Positions 28,018 through 37,466 are shown, numbered from the whole stretch's first letter. The stretch is DNA of 63,539 nucleotides, filler included, from a bacterium (GCA_024278215.1; 4 parts of 4 records of this genome joined end to end with filler, not necessarily neighbours in it), one strand, 5' to 3'. Notes: a model not told the origin generated them from the letters alone. Translations and numbers: made by a program.

Positions 28018-29445
28018 TCAATTACCGTGTAACATATCGGAGAACTGCACGAAATCTTTTTTCGTTATTGTCCCGGAAATCACGAGCGCGCCCGCGAAAA
28101 CCGCCGAGGCCGCCGGGATTCGGATAAGAAGATTATAATCGGCTGCAAATATCAGTGTGGCAAACATGCAGACGGCAGCTATCAACGGGCCGATGTTATT
28201 GAGGAGCAGCGGTTTTATATCGAATATTCTTTTGCAGGCCAGTAGTGTGGCCGTCGACATGACAATAATACTTATCAGCGAAGCGCAGGCGGCGCCGATA
28301 TTACCTATACGCGGGATAAGTATCATATCCAGAACCAGATTCGTTATTATCGTTATAATTGAATACAAAAGAACGCTGTACTGCCTGTTGTATGAATACA
28401 GGGCGGATATATTGACTGAGTTGTAAAAAATGAAAGGGATGCAACAAGCCAGAACAACAAGAGTCGGGGCGGCCTCCGCATATTCAACGCCGGAAAAAAG
28501 AACGATCCATTCCCTGGCCGGAACAGCGGTGAATACCGTAATTGCCAGACCGATAATTCCCATATATTTGTATAACTCCGCCATTGCGGATATAACCGGG
28601 GCATCCGATACCATAGAACGTCTTGAAAAATAAGGATATACGACTGAATTTACAGCCGTTGGTATGCCGATGAAAACAAAGGAGTACTTGAAGGCCACTG
28701 CGTACAGTCCGTTACCTTCCATGCTGTCTAGGTAGGGAATAATAATCTGGTCGATCCGGTTGTATATCTCCCAGATCACACTCATTGCCATAAATGGAAC
28801 CGCACGCTTCAGGATACTCTTCCACACTTTAATGTCAAACCCTATCCCGACGGAACTGTAATATTTTTTTGTCAGGTAGAATGCCACAGGCATAATGCTG
28901 AATACACCGAACAACTGGGTGGCGATAACTCCTTTAATCCTGTATCCGAGGAAGATGACAACGCCAAGGGCCGCAAGCATCGCCGCGCGGTTCATAAACT
29001 GCGTGATCGCCCTGAGCTCCAGTCGTTCCGTCGCCTGAAAAATAACAACATAAGATGTAAGGAGGGGACTGAGCAGTAATATGAGCGACATGAGGCGGAG
29101 AGCGGAACCCGCCTCCGGAGTGGGGACTGCAATGAAGCTGACGCCCCACAGAATCGCCGTCATTATCAAACCGGCTGTCGTTTTCAATCCCACTACCTGA
29201 GGCATCAATGTTTTTATTGTCGACCTGTCCCGGGCGATCTCTCTCACTATCAGGGTGCTTATGCCGAGGTCCACCACGGCAAGGAAAAGTCCTGCTGTTG
29301 AAACAGCGTATGAATACACTCCAAGTTCAGCTTTATTAAGATACCTGGAAACGATGACAAAATATATAATCATCAGAGCCTGCTGGAACAGTTGTCCAAG
29401 CAGGGCATAACCTGTATTTTTCAAAAATTGAAATCGCTCGCTCAT
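28018..29445 (-). CDS. Polysaccharide flippase (Wzx/MOP family)
   Basis: FLKNTGY, DLGISTLIVREIAR, IYNRIDQII, GLYAVA, LIPRIGNIGAA; start moved to ATG 29445. Confidence 0.9.
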   Translation of the reverse strand: MSERFQFLKNTGYALLGQLFQQALMIIYFVIVSRYLNKAELGVYSYAVSTAGLFLAVVDLGISTLIVREIARDRSTIKTLMPQVVGLKTTAGLIMTAILWGVSFIAVPTPEAGSALRLMSLILLLSPLLTSYVVIFQATERLELRAITQFMNRAAMLAALGVVIFLGYRIKGVIATQLFGVFSIMPVAFYLTKKYYSSVGIGFDIKVWKSILKRAVPFMAMSVIWEIYNRIDQIIIPYLDSMEGNGLYAVAFKYSFVFIGIPTAVNSVVYPYFSRRSMVSDAPVISAMAELYKYMGIIGLAITVFTAVPAREWIVLFSGVEYAEAAPTLVVLACCIPFIFYNSVNISALYSYNRQYSVLLYSIITIITNLVLDMILIPRIGNIGAACASLISIIVMSTATLLACKRIFDIKPLLLNNIGPLIAAVCMFATLIFAADYNLLIRIPAASAVFAGALVISGTITKKDFVQFSDMLHGN

Positions 29446-29538
29446 GCGCTGATCTGTTTCCTGTGTCTTTATCCTGTGAAGACAGGATAGCATCCACCGG
29501 TACACTTTGACAACAACAGGGACTTCGATAGTTCCGAA

Positions 29539-29755
29539 AACCGGCAAAGCCGGAACCAAACAGGCCGCATTTTCGTGCCCAAACAAATGCGGTTTGAGCA
29601 CGGCACACGCACGGTCTACGGTTTGAGCACGGCACACAGAGTTTCATCGTTTCCAAGGTCTACCTTGGAAACGCCTGTAACTGGAAGCTCCAGCTTTCAC
29701 CGATCTCTTTTCAGCATTTCTTTACCATCCTGCGTAGCATTTCATAAGATACTAA
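29539..29755 (-). repeat. Repeat family B, copy 2, with internal tandem duplication
   Basis: Reverse complement of 19402-19596; CGGTTTGAGCACGGCACAC present twice; palindrome CGTTTCCAAGGTCTACCTTGGAAACG. Confidence 0.88.
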
Positions 29756-29901
29756 CCCGCATATTTCACCAATGCGGGCTAAAACCAGTTGCTGCCACTC
29801 CTGCTTTACATAATTTTCATGCGGGATATAATTGAGGTCGTATCGCTCGTGTCAGATAACAATCGTTTTTAACCCGCATATTTCACCAATGCGGGCTAAA
29901 A
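29753..29901 (+). repeat. Repeat family F: two identical 32-bp palindromic units (29753-29784, 29870-29901)
   Basis: TAACCCGCATATTTCACCAATGCGGGCTAAAA twice; inverted third copy at 57519-57550. Confidence 0.85.
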
Positions 29902-29920
29902 ATTCTTCAGGTTTATAATA

Positions 29921-30871
29921 ATGCGTACGTGTTCCATTCTAATACCGACTTATAACGGAAGAGACATCCTTGCCGAATGTCTGCCTTCAATAGTGGAGCA
30001 TGTCGAAAGCCGTGGTGCCGGAGATGAGATAATTGTCCTGGATAATGCAAGTACCGACGATACCTGTCGCTTTCTTAAAGATAATTTTCCGGAAGTGCGG
30101 ATTCTGCGGTTGGATGAAAATAAGGCTATTTTCGCATTGAACGACGGAGCGCGTGCAGCGGAAAACGCCTATCTGTTTTTTCTGAATAACGACATGCTGT
30201 TGAAACCCGGTTGTATTGACGCCCTGCTTTGCCCATTTGATGATGAATCAGTTTTCGCGGTAACGGGAAAGGTATTTCAATGGGACCGAACAACAGTTCA
30301 GGCCGGTCGCAGGCGGCCCGTTGTCGGAAAAGGATATTTCTGGTATCTCGCGGCGGGAAGCGATGAGCCGGGTCTTACCCTTCATGCGCTTGGCGGACAG
30401 TCCATATACGACAGACATAAATTCCTCGAACTGGGCGGTATCGACCCACTTTTTTCCCCCTTTTATCATGAGGACCTCGACCTGTCATGGAGAGCGCTCA
30501 GACATGGATGGCGGATTATCTATACCCCCGCGGCGGAGATGGTGCATAAAGGTGCCGCTACTGCCGGGAAGATGTACACAAGACAACAGATAAAAACTAT
30601 TATGCAGAAAAATATGTTTCTTTTTATCTGGAAGAACCTTCACGACATGAAATTTACCATTGCACATATATTATGGCTCCTGCCCAGGCTGATACGTGAA
30701 ACGGCAGCGGGAAACTTCTCATTCGCATCAGGACTCGCCGGCGCTGTCGGCCAGCTGCCTGAAGCAATGCAGGCCCGGAGAGCTGTGCGTCAATCGAAAC
30801 TCTCGGATTCCGATGTATTAAAGATGTTCCCGGCTGCCAGTGAAACGCAGGTAGAGCCAATTGCAAAATGA
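29921..30871 (+). CDS. GT2 glycosyltransferase (WbbL-like)
   Basis: SILIPTYNG, LDNASTD, FFLNND, FYHEDLDLSWRA. Confidence 0.92.
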   Translation: MRTCSILIPTYNGRDILAECLPSIVEHVESRGAGDEIIVLDNASTDDTCRFLKDNFPEVRILRLDENKAIFALNDGARAAENAYLFFLNNDMLLKPGCIDALLCPFDDESVFAVTGKVFQWDRTTVQAGRRRPVVGKGYFWYLAAGSDEPGLTLHALGGQSIYDRHKFLELGGIDPLFSPFYHEDLDLSWRALRHGWRIIYTPAAEMVHKGAATAGKMYTRQQIKTIMQKNMFLFIWKNLHDMKFTIAHILWLLPRLIRETAAGNFSFASGLAGAVGQLPEAMQARRAVRQSKLSDSDVLKMFPAASETQVEPIAK

Positions 30872-30906
30872 TATTTGTAGCGAAATCAAATGAAATTGTT
30901 CAGGGT
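30852..30906 (-). repeat. Repeat family A, degenerate end overlapping GT2 3' end
   Basis: TAGAGCCAATTGCAAAAT followed by a decayed version of TATGTTCGTAGCGAGGTCGAGCGAAATTGTTCAG. Confidence 0.7.
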
Positions 30907-31088
30907 TAGTCTGAACTTCCCAACGTAAAAACGCAATAAAGCCAGTGTTTATCGAGATATTTATATTTTCTTATGTGAGCGTACCGGGTACGCGCAGTCG
31001 AATGCCGGGCAGGTCCAGCGTTCGTTGCCGCCGGCTGGTGGGGGCGGGCCATTTTGTAAAGTGTTTCGCTTGCGGAGAACTTGAGGGC

Positions 31089-32627
31089 CTAATATCTGAC
31101 CCGATCACTTACATCAACGAAGTCGAACCTTTGTGTGCCTCCCCAGCCTTCGGGGAAATAATTCCTGTCGTCCAGCAATTCGAAATTCATGTTGAAGTAA
31201 TAATCAAATATAACGCGGAATGTGTTTACCGGAGTGATTCTATCGTAGAGGAGAGATTCGCCGCCGTCGGGCAGATAGTATGCGTTGAATATCCGCATCC
31301 TCTCGCGAAACATCTCGTCGACTCCGACGTCGTGCGAGTTAAACAATGCAGGTTCCAGTTTCCTGCCTTCTTTTTCGAATTGCTGGAACTTTGTAAGCGT
31401 TCCATGGTCGCCCTGCATTACAATTATCGGAGGTGTCTTGTATGCCGTAAAAATTTTATCCAGCATGATCTTCAGCTTGTCGTTTACAGAATTCAGGTCG
31501 CTGCAATAGCGCGGAGAACCCGGAACCCATCCATAATGGATGACATCTATGTGCGCGAACGCGAAGAAAGGTCTTTTCCCCTGCTCGATTTTCGGAATAT
31601 CCGTAGTGACGCAATCGGTTTGCTTGTTGCTGCTGAACTGCTCGAAATAGTCTGAGAATGGCAGCAGCATTGTCGATTTAAGAAAGACAAACCAGAATTC
31701 GAACGCGCCGGCGCATTTATTTGACACATCAAAATATCTGTTGCGGTTAGTCAGTTGAAAGATGGATGAAAAATGGATCGTTTTATAACCCTGTGATTTG
31801 AGAACATCCTTGACTTTATTGTCTTCTATGACCGCGATAAGTTTTGATATTGCGCTTTTATCAAAGTCGCTTCTTTTTCTCAACGGATCGATAAATCCGT
31901 CGAGATATGTCATGTTCAAGGAAGACGAGAGCGACTCGGGGGTATACATATAGTTGGACGTGCTCTTTGTCGCGATATAGAAACCCTTGTTGCGGAGATA
32001 ATCGGTGAAATCGCTTATATCGCAATGAAAAGTATCGTTAAGGGTGGTTTCGTTCGGGTAACCGTCGATAATCATATAGATGATGTCGTGCGGATTTGCC
32101 GGCGTTGCGGATTCGGCTTCGGTTTTTTCCGCCTGACTCGCTTTCCGTACCTTTGTGTTGACGCTCGATAGCTCCCGTCTGCTCTGATAGATATTCAACA
32201 CGGTCATTACTATCAGGGCGGCAGAGATGAAGTTTAGTATTTTCGTGAAGTTTGTGAGGTCTTTTTTGATTCTGATTATCAGGAACGAGCCCCCGAAAAT
32301 CAGAACTGTCCAGAGAGGGAAAAGATAACGGTTTTTCGAAAATATCGCGGATAAGTTTGTGTGGATGAATGCGTCATAAACATGTCCGTAAGAACAAAAC
32401 AGCAAAATGAGCAGCGAAGTGAGCAGAGCCGCCTTCAGGATGTTTTTGAAAATGAATTGCAGGATATCCAATATTATAAGCGCGATCACGACCATAGCAG
32501 CCGACAGAACAGCGACATTTTTTTCCGCGCCCGGCATCTCCGCAACATTAACCATGTATATCAGCAAAACGGGATAAACGGCGAATAATATCGGGTGGAA
32601 CGGCAGTGTTTTTTTCAATTGTTTCAA
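31089..32627 (-). CDS. Membrane-anchored alkaline-phosphatase/sulfatase-superfamily protein (NoeB/LtaS-like architecture)
   Basis: About 5 N-terminal TM helices, then DIIYMIIDGY, SNYMYT, FFAFAH, IIVMQGDHG. Confidence 0.75.
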   Translation of the reverse strand: MKQLKKTLPFHPILFAVYPVLLIYMVNVAEMPGAEKNVAVLSAAMVVIALIILDILQFIFKNILKAALLTSLLILLFCSYGHVYDAFIHTNLSAIFSKNRYLFPLWTVLIFGGSFLIIRIKKDLTNFTKILNFISAALIVMTVLNIYQSRRELSSVNTKVRKASQAEKTEAESATPANPHDIIYMIIDGYPNETTLNDTFHCDISDFTDYLRNKGFYIATKSTSNYMYTPESLSSSLNMTYLDGFIDPLRKRSDFDKSAISKLIAVIEDNKVKDVLKSQGYKTIHFSSIFQLTNRNRYFDVSNKCAGAFEFWFVFLKSTMLLPFSDYFEQFSSNKQTDCVTTDIPKIEQGKRPFFAFAHIDVIHYGWVPGSPRYCSDLNSVNDKLKIMLDKIFTAYKTPPIIVMQGDHGTLTKFQQFEKEGRKLEPALFNSHDVGVDEMFRERMRIFNAYYLPDGGESLLYDRITPVNTFRVIFDYYFNMNFELLDDRNYFPEGWGGTQRFDFVDVSDRVRY

Positions 32628-34003
32628 CTCCTGCGACGATAGAGGTAAAGGACCCGCTCCGAATCTCGAAGTTTTTCCGATCCGGATATTTTAAAATGCT
32701 TCTCGAAGGCTTTTTCAAACGCTTCACGTGTATAATCCGAAAAAATATCTTTTCTTGTCGCCAGTAATCTACGGACCTGCGAATCGCTCTTCGGTATATA
32801 TTCAACAATGAGACTTCGGCAAATCCTGCTGAAGAAATCCGCGATTCGGGGAAACGGCACATTGTTTGAAACGGCGAGATGATGCAGCAGCGCGAGCGCC
32901 AGAACCACGTCGGCAGGTCCTCGCGCGATGAAGGAATCTCTTTCGCTGCCCGCCCAGCCGAGGCTCGGGCTGGGATTCGTCAGATCGAGCAACAGCGGCA
33001 GAATGTTGGACGTACCGTTTTTTTTGCAATGAAGATAATTACGTTCGACCGCCGCAGGGTCCGTGTCGCTCGATATGGTGTAGATACCTTTTTTACTCAC
33101 GATACGGCTGAACTCGCCGGTGTTTGCGCCGAGGTCCCAGGCCGTTGCGGGCTTGATCTCGTCAAGGAATTCCGCCACGACCTGTTTCTTGCGCTCGAAA
33201 GCCTCAGGCGAATAGTTCGTGTCGCTGTAATAATCGGCCCATTCGGTGCCGCCGGGCTCCCATCGCAGTTTCTTCACAGTGGATTCAAGATTGTCGATGA
33301 GTCCGAGCAATCCCATGCGGCTGACTCTGCCCCCGGACGGCTTGATAGCTTTGTCCGAATAATGTTTCCGGCTTCCGGCGTGAATGTGTATGTTCGTCAG
33401 GAGCGAGAATTTAAAACGTGTGGAGAACGGGAGCAGTTTGCTTGCAAGGTCCAGGGGCACGCCGTCGATGTAAATGCGAAGAAGCTGGTTAAGGCGTACG
33501 TCCCTGTAGCTCATAAGTGCAAGGGGCGCGAGGAAGTGGCGGCAGAACTGTCCGTATGCCACCCATGGTTTGCCTTCCACGTATTTCTCGAATGAGAGCG
33601 TATCGATGAATACAGGTTTTCCGTTTATGAATTGCACATTGTACGCGCTGCTGTCCTTGAGAGTCATATCGTATTCGAGGGCGGTTTTCTGAATATCGAG
33701 CGTCATAAGCGCAGCGTCTTTCAACTGCGAAAAACACCACTCGTAGGGATACGACACGAACGGCACAATCTCCGGTTTGATGATTTTGTATGAGGTCGAT
33801 GGAACCGCGGGCGTGACGTCGACTTCCTCGTGCGGTATCAGAAATTTTTTGTTCGCGAGAGCGGCATACAGCCCGGAATCAATGAAAAGATCGAAATCGT
33901 CCTGGAAAACGCGATTAACCTGTCTGTAAAGAACATTATTTCTGTAAAATATAAAACCGCTCGGGTCGCGAAATGAACTATCGTGCATCGACTCAGACTT
34001 CAT
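32624..34003 (-). CDS. NoeA-like protein: kinase-like N-domain + class I SAM methyltransferase
   Basis: SFRDPSG, SYPYEW, LKDSSAYNVQF, FIDTLSF, WDLGANTGEFS, LALALLHHL. Confidence 0.78.
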   Translation of the reverse strand: MKSESMHDSSFRDPSGFIFYRNNVLYRQVNRVFQDDFDLFIDSGLYAALANKKFLIPHEEVDVTPAVPSTSYKIIKPEIVPFVSYPYEWCFSQLKDAALMTLDIQKTALEYDMTLKDSSAYNVQFINGKPVFIDTLSFEKYVEGKPWVAYGQFCRHFLAPLALMSYRDVRLNQLLRIYIDGVPLDLASKLLPFSTRFKFSLLTNIHIHAGSRKHYSDKAIKPSGGRVSRMGLLGLIDNLESTVKKLRWEPGGTEWADYYSDTNYSPEAFERKKQVVAEFLDEIKPATAWDLGANTGEFSRIVSKKGIYTISSDTDPAAVERNYLHCKKNGTSNILPLLLDLTNPSPSLGWAGSERDSFIARGPADVVLALALLHHLAVSNNVPFPRIADFFSRICRSLIVEYIPKSDSQVRRLLATRKDIFSDYTREAFEKAFEKHFKISGSEKLRDSERVLYLYRRRS

Positions 34004-34229
34004 TGTCGGGAGGGTCCTTTTTTCTGGAGAAAATCAGGGCCAACCGCTTTTTGAGTTTTCGCCAGTATATCTTCAGCGTCACCAGCACACCGAGGAACGA
34101 AGCGATGGCGACCTGCAGGAAAAAACTGCCTGTGCCCATGTCGAGATAGGCGTGTGCCGGGCGTTCGAATATAAAACAGACTACACATGCGAAAGAAAGA
34201 ACAATAAGCGTCATTCTGACACGATTCAT
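33993..34229 (-). CDS. Small membrane protein: signal peptide + YLDMGTGS + TM + basic helix
   Basis: PAHA-YLDMGTGSFFLQ; GAGGGG RBS; overlaps start of NoeA-like gene. Confidence 0.75.
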   Translation of the reverse strand: MNRVRMTLIVLSFACVVCFIFERPAHAYLDMGTGSFFLQVAIASFLGVLVTLKIYWRKLKKRLALIFSRKKDPPDNEV

Positions 34230-34473
34230 AGCGGCCCCTCATATTGCTATGTCAAAAACTTAAAAATTGAATCGAAGTTGCCAGGTGCGTAATCCCAAAA
34301 TGCTGATTGCGTGACCATGATTTTATAAATTAGTATTATAACTGAACTTTTTCGTTTTTGAAACCTGCGCCGAATTTTATCGGCAGGGGACGGGGGCGGT
34401 ATGTAAACGGGCACTGTTTCCCGGTTTTTATCATTGTACGTTATGTGCCGGGCCATGTGTATTACGCTGTGGG

Positions 34474-34534
34474 CGCATTTGCGTGCCCAAACAAATGCGG
34501 TTTGAGCACGGCACACAGAGTTTCATTGTTCCCA
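34474..34534 (-). repeat. Repeat family B, partial copy 3
   Basis: CGTGCCCAAACAAATGCGGTTTGAGCACGGCACACAGAGTTTCAT shared with copies 1 and 2. Confidence 0.8.
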
Positions 34535-34770
34535 CAGTCATCGCACACACGTCATCGCACACACACTCGTCCACTCAGGTTTTTCATCGTTCCGGGGCGC
34601 TCCGACCCGGAACACAACGACTGAACGCTCCGCGTTCACCTCGGCATCTGCATAGCGACAACATGTTGTCGCTTACGCGCGATAAGGAGCCCAATGTATC
34701 TTGACTGAACGGTATTGACAATAATTCAGGATCGCGTCACCAGCGAATCCGAATCGTTACGGTTTAGAAC

Positions 34771-34895
34771 CAATACCGTTTACTTAGGGTCATGCCCAGC
34801 CACAGGCGGGACACCTGTGCTACTGTATCTCACAGCATCGCGGCAGTACGACAGGCGTCTCGCCTGTCGTAAAAAGCATTAAGCAAACGGTATTG
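34771..34895. mobile_element. Repeat family D: 125-bp MITE with IS4-like TIRs and 10-bp TSD
   Basis: TIR CAATACCGTTTACTTA / TAAGCAAACGGTATTG; direct repeat GGTTTAGAAC at 34761-34770 and 34896-34905. Confidence 0.88.
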
Positions 34896-34898
34896 GGT

Positions 34899-36404
34899 TT
34901 AGAACATATCCATCGCAAGAGTGGCGAGTGTTCTCACACCAACGCCTGTACCGCCTTTGATATAGTACCCCTGCGGCTTCTCCAGAAAAGCCGTGCCTGC
35001 AATATCCAGGTGGGCCCATTGCGTATCTTTGCCGATAAATTCTTTCAGGAAGAGAGCAGCGGTGGTTGCGCCGGCATTCCTGTCGCCGACATTTTTCATA
35101 TCCGCTATATCAGTTTTGACGGCATCAAAATATTCAGGATCGATGGGCAGGCGCCAGTACTTTTCGCCGGTCTTCGCGCCCGCATTTTTAATCTTTTCGA
35201 CAAGCTTGTCGTCGTTCGAGAAGAGGCCCGTGCGGTATGTTCCAAGAGCAACGACACATGCGCCTGTAAGAGTTGCGAGGTCGATGATCGGGTTCAGCTC
35301 TTTCTTTGCCGACCATGCGAGCGCGTCCGCGAGGATGAGGCGGCCCTCGGCGTCTGTGTTCTTGATCTCGATAGTTTTCCCGTTGCTCGCGCGCACGATG
35401 TCACCGATACACTGCGCGCCGCCACCCGGCATGTTGTCCGTTGTGGCGATTACGCCGGTGACATTAACTTTCGGTGCGATGCGGCTGATAGCGTCCATCG
35501 TGCCCAGCACGGCGGCGGCACCGGACATGTCGCTTTTCATTGTGTCCATGGCAGATGAGGGTTTCAGGGAGAGACCACCCGAGTCGAAAGTTATTCCTTT
35601 TCCGACAATGCCCATTGTCTTCTTCACTTTCGGTGCGCCCTTGTATTCAATGGTGATGAAGAAAGGATCGTTCCTGCTGCCTTTGTTTACACCGAGGAAA
35701 GCCTCCATCTTCATTGCCCTGATCTCTTTTTTGTTGTAGATGCGCACAGAGAGATTCTTTCTTTTGCCGAGTTTGCGGGCGTGGCGGGCAAGCCCGGCAG
35801 CGTTCAGCACGTTGGGCGGTTCATTGATCAGGTCGCGCGCCATGTTGGCTGATTCGGCGAGTTCCTGCCCGAGTTTGAGACCTTTTCTGATTGCCGCCGT
35901 TTTGCCTTTGTCAATTTCGCAAATGTATAGTTCGTTGATTTTTTCTGCTTCGTCATCCTTTTTTTTCGAGACATATTTGTCGAACTTGTAGAGTCCGAGC
36001 AGAGCGCCTTCCGCAATAGCAGCCGCTGTGTCGGCAGGATACAGTCCGCCCGTGCCTGCGCCGTGCATGATCGTGACTACAGACTTCGCCTTCATAGCAC
36101 GCGCCTTACACAGCGACTTTGCAGTTGCGAGCCGTACACAATCGAGGTCGAACTCCTCCTGTTTTCCAAGGCCGACAATCACTACTCGACCGGCACCGAT
36201 TTTTCCGGTTCCGTCGACTACAGCAGTTGTCCCCTTTTTGCCGGTGAATTCCTTGTTCTTTATCACCTTTGCAATGGCGCCGCCCAGCGCTTTGTCCACA
36301 ACGCCCGTGGCCCCGCCGGGCGTTTTCACTCCATCAAACAGGTTCACTATCAGCACATCACATTTGACATTCGTTATGTCCTGTGTTTTAACACTTAACT
36401 TCAT
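34899..36404 (-). CDS. pepA: Leucyl aminopeptidase (M17)
   Basis: VGKGITFDSGG, MKSDMSGAA, NTDAEGRLILADAL, WAHLDIAG. Confidence 0.96.
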   Translation of the reverse strand: MKLSVKTQDITNVKCDVLIVNLFDGVKTPGGATGVVDKALGGAIAKVIKNKEFTGKKGTTAVVDGTGKIGAGRVVIVGLGKQEEFDLDCVRLATAKSLCKARAMKAKSVVTIMHGAGTGGLYPADTAAAIAEGALLGLYKFDKYVSKKKDDEAEKINELYICEIDKGKTAAIRKGLKLGQELAESANMARDLINEPPNVLNAAGLARHARKLGKRKNLSVRIYNKKEIRAMKMEAFLGVNKGSRNDPFFITIEYKGAPKVKKTMGIVGKGITFDSGGLSLKPSSAMDTMKSDMSGAAAVLGTMDAISRIAPKVNVTGVIATTDNMPGGGAQCIGDIVRASNGKTIEIKNTDAEGRLILADALAWSAKKELNPIIDLATLTGACVVALGTYRTGLFSNDDKLVEKIKNAGAKTGEKYWRLPIDPEYFDAVKTDIADMKNVGDRNAGATTAALFLKEFIGKDTQWAHLDIAGTAFLEKPQGYYIKGGTGVGVRTLATLAMDMF

Positions 36405-36489
36405 GTCGGTTTCTCCTTCAATTGATAGTTATTCACCGGGCTTCAGCCACTGCACGAGAAACAGATCGCGCTTCACGACACGAAAACAA

Positions 36490-37374
36490 TCATGCCGTGC
36501 GGGCCGCATTGCCTGCGTGTTGCTCATTAGTACCGTCCCTCTCGCCGTTTTTTTCAGCGCCTGTCGTGATCAGGATAACTCCGACTATTATAATTGCCGC
36601 GCCAACATACTGAATGGGATTCAGGACAACCTTCAAAAGGAAAATCTCCATTATCATCGGAACAATTATAAGTACCGAATTGACAGTTGGGACAATAACA
36701 ATGCCTGTTCCGTGGAAAAAAGCGAGGTTCGTCATCAAGAAAGCACCATTGCCGATCATGAAGCCGATGAAGAACGGCAGTGAAAAAACAATTTGCGCGA
36801 ATGATTTGGTATTGTCGGCGCTGGCCATATCGAAAAATATCATCATCACGCCGAGGCAAGTGCCGGCAATGCCTGCGAAGACATAAGCCTGTCCCCGATT
36901 GAGCATTCTGGTGACAATGATCAGCCCGGCCGATATCACTGTCACCGCCGCAAGAACGATAAGAAGCATTCCCATTGTATACTCGGACGTGGCTTCACCG
37001 GATTTATTGAAATATTGAAAAAGTGCGGTGCCGGAGATAATCATCAGAACCGCGAACCACTCGCGGAGCCCCACCTTTTCTTTCAGGACAAACATTGAAA
37101 ACAGTGCCAGCCCGATGAGTCCGATCCCGTTGAGAGACGAAATCACTGAAGGATTCGGGGTCATCTTCATCGCCTGTGTGAAGAGGAATCCGGCAGCGCC
37201 CGTCATGCAGACCCCAAGGAGCCAGATGGAAAAATCCTTCCTGTTTTCCGGTGCTGTTATCTTCCTGCCTGTTTTTAAAACATGCACCTTCATCTTCTGT
37301 ATACCTTTGCCGACATTCATTGTCGTAGACGCAAGGCATCCAATAATTATTCCCGTCAGCAGACTCGGATCCAT
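36490..37374 (-). CDS. DMT-superfamily membrane transporter (EamA/NIPA-like)
   Basis: About 9-10 TM helices; FVLKEKVGLREW and QYVGAAIIIVGVILI motifs. Confidence 0.65.
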   Translation of the reverse strand: MDPSLLTGIIIGCLASTTMNVGKGIQKMKVHVLKTGRKITAPENRKDFSIWLLGVCMTGAAGFLFTQAMKMTPNPSVISSLNGIGLIGLALFSMFVLKEKVGLREWFAVLMIISGTALFQYFNKSGEATSEYTMGMLLIVLAAVTVISAGLIIVTRMLNRGQAYVFAGIAGTCLGVMMIFFDMASADNTKSFAQIVFSLPFFIGFMIGNGAFLMTNLAFFHGTGIVIVPTVNSVLIIVPMIMEIFLLKVVLNPIQYVGAAIIIVGVILITTGAEKNGERDGTNEQHAGNAARTA

Positions 37375-37466
37375 ATTTCAGTTACCTTTCATCATCCAAT
37401 AACTTTCCGGTAGTCGCGCCGAAGCACCGGGTAGATATTATATCAGAATAATTATTTATTACTATC

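Noticed and set aside
29446-29637. N-terminal extensions in the ORF track (flippase, mutL, ferritin-like, cytochrome, P-type ATPase, nifS)
   Set aside because: They run through repeats or overlap neighbouring genes; better starts with RBS or coupling lie downstream
29753-29901. 32-bp palindromic direct repeats as a CRISPR array
   Set aside because: Only two units, an 85-bp spacer, a dispersed third copy and no cas genes
31089-34003. NoeA/NoeB-like genes as evidence of nodulation
   Set aside because: No nodABC; the context is surface-glycan synthesis
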